64,000 nucleotides of DNA from Pristiophorus japonicus (lineage: Eukaryota), in contig NW_027252691.1 in assembly GCF_044704955.1 (NCBI RefSeq), positions 186,001-250,000 on the forward strand, written 5' to 3'. The notes beneath the pieces were generated by a model. That model had not been told where the DNA came from, did not search any database, and saw nothing but the letters and a program-made list of their open reading frames with translations. Positions 1-15,000 of this stretch are shown piece by piece; the stretch's first letter is position 1, and every line of letters begins with the position of its first letter. A program made the position numbers and the translations under genes.

Positions 1-3000
1 TCTTCATCATAGGCCTTCCCCCCGGAGCCAGGAATCCCCCGCTAATCTTCATCTTAGGCAGTCCTCCCGGAGCCAGGAATCCCCCGCTAATCTTCATCTT
101 AGGCAGTCCTCCCGGAGCCAGGAATCCCCCGCTAATCCTCATCATAAGCAGTCCCCCCGGAGCCAGGAATCCCCCGCTAATCTTCATCATAGACAGTCCC
201 CCCGGAGCCAGAAATCACCCGCTAATCTTCATCATAGGCCGTCCCCGGAGCCAGGAATACCCCACTCATCTTCATCATAGACAGTCCCCCCAGAGCCAGG
301 AATCATCCGCGAATCTTCATCATAGGCAGTCCCCGGAGCCAGGAATCCCCCGCTAATCTTCATCATAGGCAGTCAACCCGGAGCCAGGAATCATCCGCTA
401 ATCTTCATCATAGGCCGTCCCCGGAGCCAGGAATCCCCCGCTAATCTTCATCATAGGCAGTCCCCGGAGCCAGGAATCCCCCGCTAATCTTCATCATAGG
501 CCTTCCCCCCGGAGCCAGGAATCCCCCGCTAATCTTCATCTTAGGCAGTCCTCCCGGAGCCAGGAATCCCCCGCTAATCCTCATCATAAGCAGTCCCCCC
601 GGAGCCAGGAATCCCCCGCTAATCTTCATCATAGACAGTCACCCCGGAGCCAGAAATCACCCGCTAATCTTCATCATAGGCCGTCCCCGGAGCCAGGAAT
701 ACCCCGCTCATCTTCATCATAGACAGTCCCCCCAGAGCCAGGAATCATCTGCGAATCTTCATCATAGGCAGTCCCCGGAGCCAGGAATCCCCCGCTAATC
801 TTCATCATAGGCAGTCAACCCGGAGCCAGGAATCATCCGCGAATCTTCATCATAGGCAGTCCCCCCGGAGCCAGGAAACCCCGCTAATCTTCATCATAGG
901 CAGTCAACCCGGAGCCAGGAATCCCCCGCTAATCTTCATCATAGGCAGTCCCCCCGGAGCCAGGAATCCCTCGCTAATCTTCATCATAGGTCATCCCCCG
1001 GAGCCAGGAATCCCCCGCTAATCTTCATCACAGGCAGTCCCCCAGAGCCAGGATTCCCCCGCTAATCTTCATCACAGGCAGTCCCCCGTAGCCAGGATTC
1101 ACCCGTTAATCTTCATCATAGGCAGTCCCCCGTAGCCAGGATTCACCCGTTAATCTTCATCATAGGCAGTCCAGCGGAGCCAGGAATCCCCCGCTAATCT
1201 TCATCTTAGGCAGTCCCCCCGGAGCCAGGAATCCCCCGGTAATCTTCATCACAGGCAGTCCCCCGTAGCCAGGATTCACCCGTTAATCTTCATCATAGGC
1301 AGTCCCCCGGAGCCAGGGATCCCCCGCTAATCTTCATCATAGGCAGTCCCCCAGAGCCAGGAATCCCCCGCTAATCTTCATCATAGGCAGTCCCCCGGAG
1401 CCCTGAATCCCCCGCTCATCTTCATCATAGACAGTCACCCCAGAGCCAGGTATCCACCGCTAATCTTCATCATAGTCCGTTCCCCGGAGACAGGAAACCC
1501 CCGCTAATCTTCATCATAGTCCGTCCCCCGGAGCCAGGAATCCCCCGCTAATCTTCATCATAGGCAGTCCCCCAGAGCTAGGATTCCCCCGCTAATCTTC
1601 ATCATAGGCAGTCCCCGGAGCCAGGAATCCCCCGCTAATCTTCATCACAGGCAGTCCCCGGAGCCAGGAATCCCCCGCTAATCTTCATCATAGGCAGTCC
1701 CCGGAGCCAGGAATCCCCCGCTAATCTTCATCATAGGCCTTCCCCCCGGAGCCAGGAATCCCCCGTTAATCTTCATCTTAGGCAGTCCTCCCGGAGCCAG
1801 GAATCCCCCGCTAATCTTCATCTTAGGCAGTCCTCCCGGAGCCAGGAATCCCCCGCTAATCCTCATCATAAGCAGTCCCCCCGGAGCCAGGAATCCCCCG
1901 CTAATCTTCATCATAGACAGTCCCCCCGGAGCCAGAAATCACCCGCTAATCTTCATCATAGGCCGTCCCCGGAGCCAGGAATACCCCGCTCATCTTCATC
2001 ATAGACAGTCCCCCCAGAGCCAGGAATCATCCGCGAATCTTCATCATAGGCAGTCCCCGGAGCCAGGAATCCCCCGCTAATCTTCATCATAGGCAGTCAA
2101 CCCGGAGCCAGGAATCATCCGCGAATCTTCATCATAGGCAGTCCCCCCGGAGCCAGGAAACCCCGCTAATCTTCATCATAGGCAGTCAACCCGGAGCCAG
2201 GAATCCCCTGCTAATCTTCATCATAGGCAGTCCCCCCGGAGCCAGGAATCCCTCGCTAATCTTCATCATAGGTCATCCCCCGGATCCAGGAATCCCCCGC
2301 TAATCTTCATCACAGGCAGTCCCCCAGAGCCAGGATTCCCCCGCTAATCTTCATCATAGTCCATCCCCCGTAGGCAGGATTCACCCGCTAATCTTCATCA
2401 TAGTCCGTTCCCCGGAAACAGGAATCCCCCGCTAATCTTCATCATAGGCAGTCCCCCGTAGCCAGGATTCATCCGTTAATCTTCATCATAGGCAGTCCCC
2501 CGTAGCCAGGATTCACCCGTTAATCTTCATCTTAGGCAGTGCCCCCGGAGCCAGGAATCCCCCGCTAATCTTCATCACAGGCAGTCCCCCGTAGCCAGGA
2601 ATCCCCCGCTAATCTTCATCACAGGCAGTCCCCCGTAGCCAGGATTCACCCGTTAATCTTCATCACAGGCAGTCCCCCGTAGCCAGGATTCACCCGTTAA
2701 TCTTCATCACAGGCAGTCCCCCGTAGCCAGGATTCACCCGTTAATCTTCATCATAGGCAGTCCAGCGGAGCCAGGAATCCCCCGCTAATCTTCATCATAG
2801 GCAGTCCCCCCGGAGCCAGGAATCCCTCGCTAATCTTCATCATAGGCAGTCCCACCGGAGCCAGAACTCACCCGCTAATCTTCATCATAGGCCGTCCCAC
2901 CGGAGCCAGGAATCCCCCGCTAATCCTCATCATAGGCCATCCCCCCGGAGCCAGGGATCCCCCGCTAATCTTCATCATAGGCAGTCCCCCGGAGCCAGGG

Positions 3001-6000
3001 ATCCCCCGCTAATCTTCATCATAGGCAGTCCCCTGGAGCCAGGGATCCCCCGCTAATCTTCATCATAGGCAGTCCCCGGAGCCAGGAATCTCCCACTAAT
3101 CTTCAGAATAGGCAGTCCCCCCGGAGCCAGGAATCTCCCACTAATCTTCATCATAGGCAGTCCCCGGAGCCAGGAATCTCCCACTAATCTTCATCATCGA
3201 CAGTCACCCCGGAGCCAGGAATCCTCCGCTAATCTTCATCATAGGCAGCCCCCAGAGCCAGAAATCCCCCGGTAATCTTCATCATAGGCAGCCCCCGAAG
3301 ACAGGAATCCCCCGCTAATCTTCATTATAGGCCATCCGCGGAGCCAGGAATCCCCCGCTGATCTTCATCATAGTCCGTTCCCCGGAGACAGGAATCCCCC
3401 GCTAATCTTCATCACAGGCAGTCCCCCAGAGCCAGGAATCCCCCGCTAATCTTCATCATAGTCCATCCACCGGAGCCAGGAATCTACCGCTAATCTTCAT
3501 CATAGTCCATCCCCTGGAGCCAGCAATCCCCCGCTAATCTACATCATAAGCAGTCACCCCGGAGCCAGGAATTCCCCGCTAATCTTCATCATAGGACATC
3601 CGCCTGGAGCCAGGAATCCCCCGCTAATCTTCATCATAGGCAGTCCCCACGGAGCCAGGAATCCCCCGCAAATCTTCATCATAGGCAGTCCCCCCGGAGC
3701 CAGGAATCCCCGGGTAATCTTCATCACAGGCAGTCCCCCGGGGCCAAGAATCCCCCGCTAATCTTCATCATAGTCCGTCCCCGGAGCCAGGAATCCCCCG
3801 CTAATCCTCATCATAGGCAGCCCCCGGAGACAGGAATTCCCCGCTAATCTTCATCATAGGTAGTCCCCGGAGACAGGAATCCTCCGCTAATTTTCAGCAT
3901 AGGCCATCCCCCGGAGCCAGCAATCCCCCGCTAATCTTCATCATAGGCAGTCCCCTGGAGCCAGAAATCACCCGCTAATCTTCGTCATAGGCCGTCCCCG
4001 GAGCCAGGAATCCCCCGCTAATCTTCATCATAGGCAGTCCCCCCGGAGCCAGAAATCCCCCACTAATCCTCATCATAGGCAGTCCCCCAGAGCCAGGAGT
4101 CCACCGCTAATCTTCATCATAGGCAGTCCCCGGAGCCAGGAATCCCCCGCTAATCTTCATCATAGGCAGTCCCCGGAGCCAGGAATCCCCCGCTAATCTT
4201 CATCACAGGCAGTCCCCGGAGCCAGGAATCCCCCGCTAATCTTCATCATAGGCAGTCCCCGGAGCCAGGAATCCCCCGCTAATCTTCATCATAGGCCTTC
4301 CCCCCGGAGCCAGGAATACCCCGCTAATCTTCATCATAGGCAGTCCCCCCCGGAGCCAGGAATCCCTCGCTAATCTTCATCATAGGTCATCCCCCGGATC
4401 CAGGAATCCCCCGCTAATCTTCATCACAGGCAGTCCCCCAGAGCCAGGAATCCCCCGCTAATCTTCATCACAGGCAGTCCCCGGAGCCAGGAATCCCCCG
4501 CTAATCTTCATCATAGGCAGTCCCCGGAGCCAGGAATCCCCCGCTAATCTTCATCATAGGCCTTCCCCCCGGAGCCAGGAATCCCCCGCTAATCTTCATC
4601 TTAGGCAGTCCTCCCGGAGCCAGGAATCCCCCGCTAATCCTCATCATAAGCAGTCCCCCCGGAGCCAGGAATCCCCCGCTAATCTTCATCATAGACAGTC
4701 CCCCCGGAGCCAGAAATCACCCGCTAATCTTCATCATAGGCCGTCCCCGGAGCCAGGAATACCCCGCTCATCTTCATCATAGACAGTCCCCCCAGAGCCA
4801 GGAATCATCTGCGAATCTTCATCATAGGCAGTCCCCGGAGCCAGGAATCCCCCGCTAATCTTCATCATAGGCAGTCAACCCGGAGCCAGGAATCATCCGC
4901 GAATCTTCATCATAGGCAGTCCCCCCGGAGCCAGGAAACCCCGCTAATCTTCATCATAGGCAGTCAACCCGGAGCCAGGAATCCCCCGCTAATCTTCATC
5001 ATAGGCAGTCCCCCCGGAGCCAGGAATCCCTCGCTAATCTTCATCATAGGTCATCCCCCGGAGCCAGGAATCCCCCGCTAATCTTCATCACAGGCAGTCC
5101 CCGGAGCCAGGAATCCCCCGCTAATCTTCATCATAGGCAGTCAACCCGGAGCCAGGAATCACCCACTAATCTTCATCATAGGCAGTCCCCCCGGAGCCAG
5201 AACTCACCCGCTAATCTTCATCATAGGCAGTCCCCCCGGAGCCAGAACTCACCCGCCAATCTTCATCATAGGCAGTCCCCCGTAGCCAGGATTCACCCGT
5301 TAATCTTCATCATAGGCAGTCCCCCGGAGCCAGGGATCCCCCGCTAATCTTCATCATAGGCAGTCCCCCAGAGCCAGGAATCCCCCGCTAATCTTCATCA
5401 TAGGCAGTCCCCCGGAGCCCTGAATCCCCCGCTCATCTTCATCATAGACAGTCACCCCAGAGCCAGGTATCCACCGCTAATCTTCATCATAGTCCGTTCC
5501 CCGGAGACAGGAAACCCCCGCTAATCTTCATCATAGTCCGTCCCCCGGAGACAGGAATCACCCGCTAATCTTCATCATAGTCCGTTCCCCAGAGACAGGA
5601 AACCCCCGCTAATCTTCATCATAGTCCGTCCCCCGGAGCCAGGAATCCCCCGCTAATCTTCATCATAGGCAGTCCCCCAGAGCTAGGATTCCCCCGCTAA
5701 TCTTCATCATGGGCAGTCCCCCCAGAGCCAGGAATCGCCCGCTAATCTTCATCATAGTCCGTTCCCCGGAGACAGGAATCCCCCGCTAATCCTCATCATA
5801 GGCAGCCCCCAGAGCCAGGAATCCCCAGCTAATCTGCATCATAGGCCTTCCCCCCGGAGCCAGGAATCCCCCGCTAATCTTCATCTTAGGCAGTCCTCCC
5901 GGAGCCAGGAATCCCCCGCTAATCCTCATCATAAGCAGTCCTCCCGGAGCCAGGAATCCCCCGCTAATCCTCATCATAAGCAGTCCCCCCGGAGCCAGGA

Positions 6001-9000
6001 ATCCCCCGCTAATCTTCATCATAGACAGTCCCCCCGGAGCCAGAAATCACCCGCTAATCTTCATCATAGGCCGTCCCCGGAGCCAGGAATACCCCGCTCA
6101 TCTTCATCATAGACAGTCCCCCCAGAGCCAGGAATCATCCGCGAATCTTCATCATAGGCAGTCCCCGGAGCCAGGAATCCCCCGCTAATCTTCATCATAG
6201 ACAGTCCCCCCGGAGCCAGAAATCACCCGCTAATCTTCATCATAGGTCGTCCCCGGAGCCAGGAATACCCCGCTCATCTTCATCATAGACAGTCCCCCCA
6301 GAGCCAGGAATCATCCGCGAATCTTCATCATAGGCAGTCCCCGGAGCCAGGAATCCCCCGCTAATCTTCATCATAGGCAGTCAACCCGGAGCCAGGAATC
6401 ATCCGCGAATCTTCATCATAGGCAGTCCCCCCGGAGCCAGGAAACCCCGCTAATTTTCATCATAGGCAGTCAACCCGGAGCCAGGAATCCCCCGCTAATC
6501 TTCATCATAGGCAGTTCCCCCGGAGCCAGGAATCCCCCGCTAATCTTCATCATAGGTCATCCCCCGGATCCAGGAATCCCCCGCTAATCTTCATCACAGG
6601 CAGTCCCCCAGAGCCAGGATTCCCCCGCTAATCTTCATCATAGGCAGTCCCCCGTAGCCAGGATTCACCCGCTAATCTTCATCATAGTCCGTTCCCCGGA
6701 AACAGGAATCCCCCGCTAATCTTCATCACAGGCAGTCCCCCGTAGCCAGGATTCACCCGTTAATCTTCATCATAGGCAGTCCCCCGTAGCCAGGATTCAC
6801 CCGTTAATCTTCATCATAGGCAGTCCAGCGGAGCCAGGAATCCCCCGCTAATCTTCATCTTAGGCAGTTCCCCCGGAGCCAGGAATCCCCCGGTAATCTT
6901 CATCACAGGCAGTCCCCCGTAGCCAGGATTCACCCGTTAATCTTCATCATAGGCAGTCCCCCCGGAGCCAGAACTCACCCGCTAATCTTCATCATAGGCC
7001 GTCCCCCCGGAGCCAGAACTCACCCGCTAATCTTCATCATAGGCAGTCCCCCCGAGCCAGAACTCACCCGCTAATCTTCATCATAGGCAGTCCCCCCGGA
7101 GCCAGAACTCACCCGCTAATCTTCATCATAGGCCGTCCCACCGGAGCCAGGAATCCCCCGCTAATCCTCATCATAGGCCATCCCCCCGGAGCCAGGGATC
7201 CCCCGCTAATCTTCATCATAGGCAGTCCCCCGGAGCCAGGGATCCCCCGCTAATCTTCATCATAGGCAGTCCCCCGGAGCCAGGGATCCCCCGCTAATCT
7301 TCATCATAGGCAGTCCCCCAGAGCCAGGAATCCCCCGCTAATCTTCATCATAGGCAGTCCCCCGGAGCCCTGAATCCCCCGCTCATCTTCATCATAGACA
7401 GTCACCCCAGAGCCAGGTATCCACCGCTAATCTTCATCATAGTCCGTTCCCCGGAGACAGGAAACCCCCGCTAATCTTCATCATAGTCCGTCCCCCGGAG
7501 CCATGAATCCCCCGCTAATCTTCATCATAGGCAGTCCCCCAGAGCTAGGATTCCCCCGCTAATCTTCATCATGGGCAGTCCCCCCAGAGCCAGGAATCGC
7601 CCGCTAATCTTCATCATAGTCCGTTCCCCGGAGACAGGAATCACCCGCTAATCTTCATCATAGGCAGTCCCCCCGGATCCAGGAATCAGCCGTTAATCCT
7701 CATCATAGGCAGCCCCCAGAGCCAGGAATCCCCCGCTAATCTGCATCATAGGCCATCCCCCCGGAGCCAGGAATCCCTCTCTAACCTTCATCTTAGGCAG
7801 TCCCCCGGAGCCAGGAGTCCACCGCTAATCTGCATCATAGGACATCTGCCCGGAGCCAGGAATCCCCCACTAATCTTCATCATAGGCCATTCCCCAGAGC
7901 AAGGAATCCCCCGCAAATCTTCATCATAGGCCGTCCCCCAGAGCCAGGATTCCCCGCTAATCTTCATCACAGGCAGTACCCCAGAGCCAGGATTCCCCGC
8001 TAATCTTCATCATAGGCCATCCCCCAGAGCAAGGAATCCCCCGCTAATCTTCATCATAGGCAGTCCTCCGGAGCCAGGAGTCCACCGCTAATCTTCATCA
8101 TAGGCTGTCCCCCGGAGCCAGGAATCCCCCGCTAATCTTCATCATAGGCCATCCCCCCGGAGCCAGGAATCCCCCGCTAATCTTCATCATAGGCAATCAC
8201 CCCGAGCCAGGAATCCCCCGCTAATCTTCATCATAGGCAGTCCCCCCGGAGCCAGGAATCCCCGGCTAATCTTCATCATAGGCAGTGCCCCCGGAGCCAG
8301 GAATCCCCCGCTAATCTTCATCATAGTCCATCCCCCGTATCCAGGATTCACCCGCTAATCTTCATCATAGGCCATCGCCCAGAGCAACGAATCCCCCGCT
8401 AATCTTCATCATAGTCCGTTCCCGGGGACAGGAATCCCCCGCTAATCTTCATCATAGGCAGTCCCCCCGGAGCCAGGAATCCCCCGCTCATCTTCATCAA
8501 AGGCCATTCCCCGGAGCCACGAATCCCCCACTAATCTTCATCATAGGCAGTCCAGCGGAGCCAGGAATCCCCCGCTAATCTTCATCTTAGGCCATCCCCC
8601 CGGAGCCAGGAATCCCCCGCTAATCTTCATCATAGGCAGTACCCCCCGGAGCCAGAACTCCCCCGCTAATCCTCATCATAGGCAGTCCCCCCGGAGCCAG
8701 GAATCCCCCGCTAATCCTCATCATAGGCCATCCCCCCGGAGCCAGGGATCCCCCGCTAATCTTCATCATAGGCAGTCCGCCGGAGCCAGGAATCCCCCGC
8801 TAATCTTCATCATAGGCAGTCGTACCGGAGTCAGGAATCACCCGTTAATCTTCATCATAGGCCGTCCCCGGAGCCAAAAATCCCCCGCTAATCTTCAGCA
8901 TAGGCCGTCCCCGGAGCCAAAATCCCCCGCTAATCTTCATCAAAGGTAGTCGTACCGGAGCCAGGAATCCCCCGCTAATCTTCAGCATAGGCCGTCCCCG

Positions 9001-12000
9001 GAGCCAAAATCCCCCGCTAATCTTCATCATAGGCAGTGCCCCCGGAGCCAGGAATCAGCCGTTAATCTTCATCATAGGACATCTGCCCGGAGCCAGGAAT
9101 CCCCCGCTAATCTTCATCACAGGCAATCCCCCCGGGGCCAGGAAACACCCGCTAATCTTCATCATAGGCCATTCCCCAGAGCCAGGAATCCCCCGCTAAT
9201 CTTCATCATAGGCCTTCCCCCAGAGCCAGGAATCCCCTGCTAATCTTCATCATAGGCAGTCCCCCGGAGCCCTGAATCCCCCGCTCATCTTCATCATAGA
9301 CAGTCACCCCAGAGCCAGGTATCCACCGCTAATCTTCATCATAGGCCGTTCCCCGGAGACAGGAAACCCCCGCTAATCTTCATCATAAGCAGTCCCCCCG
9401 GAGCCAGGAATCACCCATTAATCTTCATCATAGGACACCTGCCCGGAGCCAGGAATCCCCCGCTAATCTTCATCATAGGACACCTGCCCGGAGCCAGGAA
9501 TCCCCCGCTAATCATCATCATAGGCAGTGCCCCCGGAGCCAGGAATTCCCCGCTAATCTTCATCATGGGCAGTCCCCCCAGAGCCAGGAATCGCCCGCTA
9601 ATCTTCATCATAGTCCGTTCCCCGGAGACAGGAATCACCCGCTAATCTTCATCACAGGCAGTCCCCCAGAGCCAGGATTCCCCGCTAATCTTCATCATAG
9701 GCCATCCCCCAGAGCAAGGAATCCCCGCTAATCTTCATCATAGGACATCCGCCCAGAGCCAGGAATCCCCCGCTAATCTTCATCATAGTCCGTTCCCGGG
9801 GACAGGAATCCCCCGCTAATCTTCATCATAGGCAGTCCCCCCGGAGCCAGGAATCCCCCGCTAATCTTCATCATAGGCAGTCCCCCCGGAGCCAGGAATC
9901 CCCCGCTAATCTTCATCATAGGCAGTCCCCCCGGAGCCAGGAATACCCCGCTAATCTTCCTCATAGGACATCTGCCCGGAGCCAGGAAACCCCGCTAATC
10001 TTCATCATAGTCCATCCCCCCGGAGCCAGGAATCCCCCGCTAATCCTCGTCATAGGCAATCCCCCCGGAGCCAGGAATCCCCCGCTAATCTTCGTCATAG
10101 GCTGTCCCCGGAGCCAGGAATCCTCCGCTAATCTTCATCACAGGCAGTCCCCCAGAGCCAGGAATCCCCCGCTAATCTTCGTCATAGGCTGTCCCCGGAG
10201 CCAGGAATCCCCCGCTAATCTTCATCACAGGCAGTCCCCCAGAGCCAGGAATCGCCCGCTAATCTTCATCATAGGCAGTCCCCCCGGGGCCAGGAAACAC
10301 CCGCTAATCTTCATCATAGGCCTTCCCCGGAGCCAAAAATCCCCCGCTAATCTTCATCATAGGCTATCACCCCGGAGCCAGGAATCCCTCTCTAACCTTC
10401 ATCTTAGGCAGTCCCCCGGAGCCAGGAGTCCACCGCTAATCTTCATCATAGGACATCTGCCCGGAGCCAGGAATCCCCCGCAAATCTTCATCATAGGCCG
10501 TCCCCGGAGCCAGGAATCCCCCGCTAATCTTCATCCTAGGCCATCCCCCCGGAGCCAGGAATCCCCCACTAATCTTCATCATAGGCAGTCCCCCCGGAGC
10601 CAAGAATCCACCGCTAATCTTCATCATAGGCCTTCCCCGGAGCCAAAAATCCCCCGCTAATCTTCATCATAGACCATCACCCCGGAGCCAGGAATCCCTC
10701 TCTAACCTTCATCTTAGGCAGTCCCCCGGAGCCAGGAGTCCACCGCTAATCTTCATCATAGGACATCTGCCCGGAGCCAGGAATCCCCCGCAAATCTTCA
10801 TCATAGGCCGTCCCCGGAGCCAGGAATCCCCCGCTAATCTTCATCCTAGGCCATCCCCCCGGAGCCAGGAATCCCCCACTAATCTTCATCATAGGCAGTC
10901 CCCCCGGAGCCAAGAATCCACCGCTAATCTTCATCATAGGCAGTCCCCCCGGAGCCAAGAATCCACCGCTAATCTTCATCATAGGCAGCCCCCAGAGCCA
11001 GGATTCCCCGCTAATCTTCATCACAGGCAGTACCCCAGAGCCAGGATTCCCCGCTAATCTTCATCATAGGCCATCCCCCAGAGCAAGGAATCCCCCGCTA
11101 ATCTTCATCATAGGCAGCACCCGGAGCCAGGAATCCCCCGCTAATCTTCATCATAGGCAGCCCCCGGAGCCAGGAATCCCCCGCTAATCCTCATCATAGT
11201 CCATCCCCCCGGAGCAAGGAATCCCCCGCTAATCCTCATCATAGGCCATCCCCCCGGAGCCAGGAATCCCCCGCTAATCCTCATCATAGACAGTTCCCCC
11301 CGGAGCCAGGAATCCCCCGCTAATCCTCATCATAAGCCATTCCCCGGAGCCAGGAATCCCCCGCTAATCTTCATCATAGGCCATCCCCCCGGAGCCAGGA
11401 ATCCCCCGCTAATCTTCATCATAGGCCATCCCCCCGGAGCCAGGAATCCCCCGCTAATCTTCATCATAGGCCATCCCCCCGGAGCCAGGAATCCCCCGCT
11501 AATCTTCATCATAAGCAGTCCCCCCGGAGCCAGAAATCACCAGCTAATCCTCATCATAAGCAGTACCCCCGGGGCCAGGAATCCCCCGCTAATCTTCATC
11601 ATAAGCAGTCCCCCCGGAGCCAGGAATCCCCCGCTAATCTTCATCATAGGCCGTCCCCGGAGCCAGGAATCCCCTGCTAATCTTCCTCATAGGACATCTG
11701 CCCGGAGCCAGGAATCCCCCGCAAATCTTCATCATAGGACATCTGCCCGGAGCCAGGAATCCCCCGCAAATCTTCATCATAGGCCGTCCCCGGAGCCAGG
11801 AATCCCCCGCTAATCTTCATCCTAGGCCATCCCCCCGGAGCCAGGAATCCCCCACTAATCTTCATCATAGGCAGTCCCCCCAGAGCCAAGAATCCACCGC
11901 TAATCTTCATCATAGGCCTTCCCCGGAGCCAAAAATCCCCCGCTAATCTTCATCATAGACCATCACCCCGGAGCCAGGAATCCCTCTCTAACCTTCATCT

Positions 12001-15000
12001 TAGGCAGTCCCCCGGAGCCAGGAGTCCACCGCTAATCTTCATCATAGGACATCTGCCCGGAGCCAGGAATCCCCCGCAAATCTTCATCATAGGCCGTCCC
12101 CGGAGCCAGGAATCCCCCGCTAATCTTCATCCTAGGCCATCCCCCCGGAGCCAGGAATCCCCCACTAATCTTCATCATAGGCAGCCCCCAGAGCCAGGAT
12201 TCCCCGCTAATCTTCATCACAGGCAGTACCCCAGAGCCAGGATTCCCCGCTAATCTTTATCATAGGCCATCCCCCAGAGCAAGGAATCCCCCGCTAATCT
12301 TCATCATAGGCAGCACCCGGAGCCAGGAATCCCCCGCTAATCTTCATCATAGGCAGCCCCCGGAGCCAGGAATCCCCCGCTAATCCTCATCATAGTCCAT
12401 CCCCCCGGAGCAAGGAATCCCCCGCTAATCCTCATCATAGGCCATCCCCCCGGAGCCAGGAATCCCCCGCTAATCCTCATCATAGACAGTTCCCCCCGGA
12501 GCCAGGAATCCCCCGCTAATCCTCATCATAAGCCATTCCCCGGAGCCAGGAATCCCCCGCTAATCTTCATCATAGGCCATCCCCCCGGAGCCAGGAATCC
12601 CCCGCTAATCTTCATCATAGGCCATCCCCCCGGAGCCAGGAATCCCCCGCTAATCTTCATCATAAGCAGTCCCCCCGGAGCCAGAAATCACCAGCTAATC
12701 CTCATCATAAGCAGTCCCCCCGGGGCCAGGAATCCCCCGCTAATCTTCATCATAAGCAGTCCCCCCGGAGCCAGGAATCCCCCGCTAATCTTCATCATAG
12801 GCCGTCCCCGGAGCCAGGAATCCCCTGCTAATCTTCCTCATAGGACATCTGCCCGGAGCCAGGAAACCCCGCTAATCTTCATCATAGTCCATCCCCCCGG
12901 AGCCAGGAATCCCCCGCTAATCTTCATCATAGGCAGTCCCCCCGGAGCCAGGAATCCCCGGCTAATCTTCATCATAGGCAGTCCCCCCGGAGCCAGGAAT
13001 CACCCGTTAATCTTCATCATAGGCCATCCCCCGGAGCCAGGAATCGCCCGCTAATCTTCATCACAGGCAGTCCCCCAGAGCCAGGATTCCCCCGCTAATC
13101 TTCATCATAGTCCGTTCCCCGGAAACAGGAATCCCCCGCTAATCTTCATCAAAGGCCATCGCCCAGAGCAACGAATCCCCCGCTAATCTTCATCATAGTC
13201 CATCCCCCGTATCCAGGATTCACCCGCCAATCTTCATCATAGGCCATCGCCCAGAGCAACGAATCCTCCGCTAATCTTCATCATAGGACATCCGCCCGGA
13301 GCCAGGAATCCCACGCTAATCTACATCATAGTCCGTTCCCGGGGACAGGAATCTCCCGCTAATCTTCATTATAGGCAGTCCCCCCGGAGCCAGGAATCCC
13401 CCGCTCATCTTCATCATAGGCCATTCCCCGGAGCCACGAATCCCCCGCTAATCTTCATCATAGGCAGTCCAGCGGAGCCAGGAATCCCCCGCTAATCTTC
13501 ATCTTAGGCCATCCCCCCGGAGCCAGGAATCCCCCGCTAATCTTCATCATAGGCAGTCCCCCTGGAGCCAGAACTCCCCCACTAATCCTCATCATAGGCA
13601 GTCCCCCCGGAGCCAGGAATCCCCCGCTAATCCTCATCATAGGCAGTCCCCCCGGAGCCAGGAATCCCCCGCTAATCCTCATCATAGTCCATCCCCCCGG
13701 AGCCAGGAATCCCCCGCTAATCCTCATCATAGGCCATCCCCCCGGAGCCAGGAATCCCCCGCTAATCCTCATCATAGACAGTTCCCCCCGGAGCCAGGAA
13801 TCCCCCGCTAATCCTCATCATAAGCCATTCCCCGGAGCCAGGAATCCCCCGCTAATCTTCATCATAGGCAGCCCCCGGAGCCAGGAATCCCTCGCTAATC
13901 TTCATCATAGGTCATCCCCCCAGAGCCAGGAATCCCCCGCTAATCCTCATCATAGGCCATCACCCCGGAGCCAGGAATCCCCCGCTAATTCTCATCATAG
14001 GCCATCCCCCCGGAGCCAGGAATCCCCCGCTAATCTTCATCATAGGCCATCCTCCTGGAGCCAGGAATCCCCCGCTAATCCTCATCATAAGCAGTCCCCC
14101 CGGAGCCAGAAATCACCAGCTAATCCTCATCATAAGCAGTCCCCGGAGCCAGGAATCCCCCGCTAATCTTCATCATAGGCCGTCCCCTGGAGCCAGGAAT
14201 CCCCCGCTAATCTTCATCATAAGCAGTCCCCCCGGAGCCAGGAATCCCCCGCTAATCTTCATCATAGGCCGTCCCCTGGAGCCAGGAATCCCCCGCTAAT
14301 CTTCATCATAGGCCGTCCCCTGGAGCCAGGAATCCCCCGCTCATCTTCATCATAGGCAGTCACCCCGGAGCCAGGAATCCCCCGCTAATCTTCATCATAG
14401 GCCGTCCCCGGAGCCAGGAATCCCCCGCTAATCTTCCTCATAGGACATCTGCCCGGAGCCAGGAAACCCCGCTAATCTTCATCATAGTCCATCCCCCCGG
14501 AGCCAGGAATCCCCCGCTAATCTTCATCATAGGCAGTCCCCCCGGAGCCAGGAATCCCCGGCTAATCTTCATCATAGGCAGTCCCCCCGGAGCCAGGAAT
14601 CAGCCGTTAATCTTCATCATAGGCCGTCCCCGGAGCCAAAAATCCTCCGCTAATCTTCATCACAAGCAGTCCCCCAGAGCCAGGAATCCCCCGCTAATCT
14701 TCATCATAGGCCATTCCCCAGAGCAAGGAATCCCCCGCTAATCTTCATCATAGGCCGTCCCCGGAGCCAGGAATCCCCCGCTAATCTTCATCATAGGCAG
14801 TCCCCCCGGAGCCAGGAATCCCCCGCTAATCTTCATCATAGGCCGTCCCCGGAGCCAGGAATCCCCCGCTAATCTTCCTCATAGGACATCTGCCCGGAGC
14901 CAGGAAACCCCGCTAATCTTCATCATAGTCCATCCCCCCGGAGCCAGGAATCCCCCGCTAATCTTCATCATAGGCAGTCCCCCCGGATCAGGAATCCCCG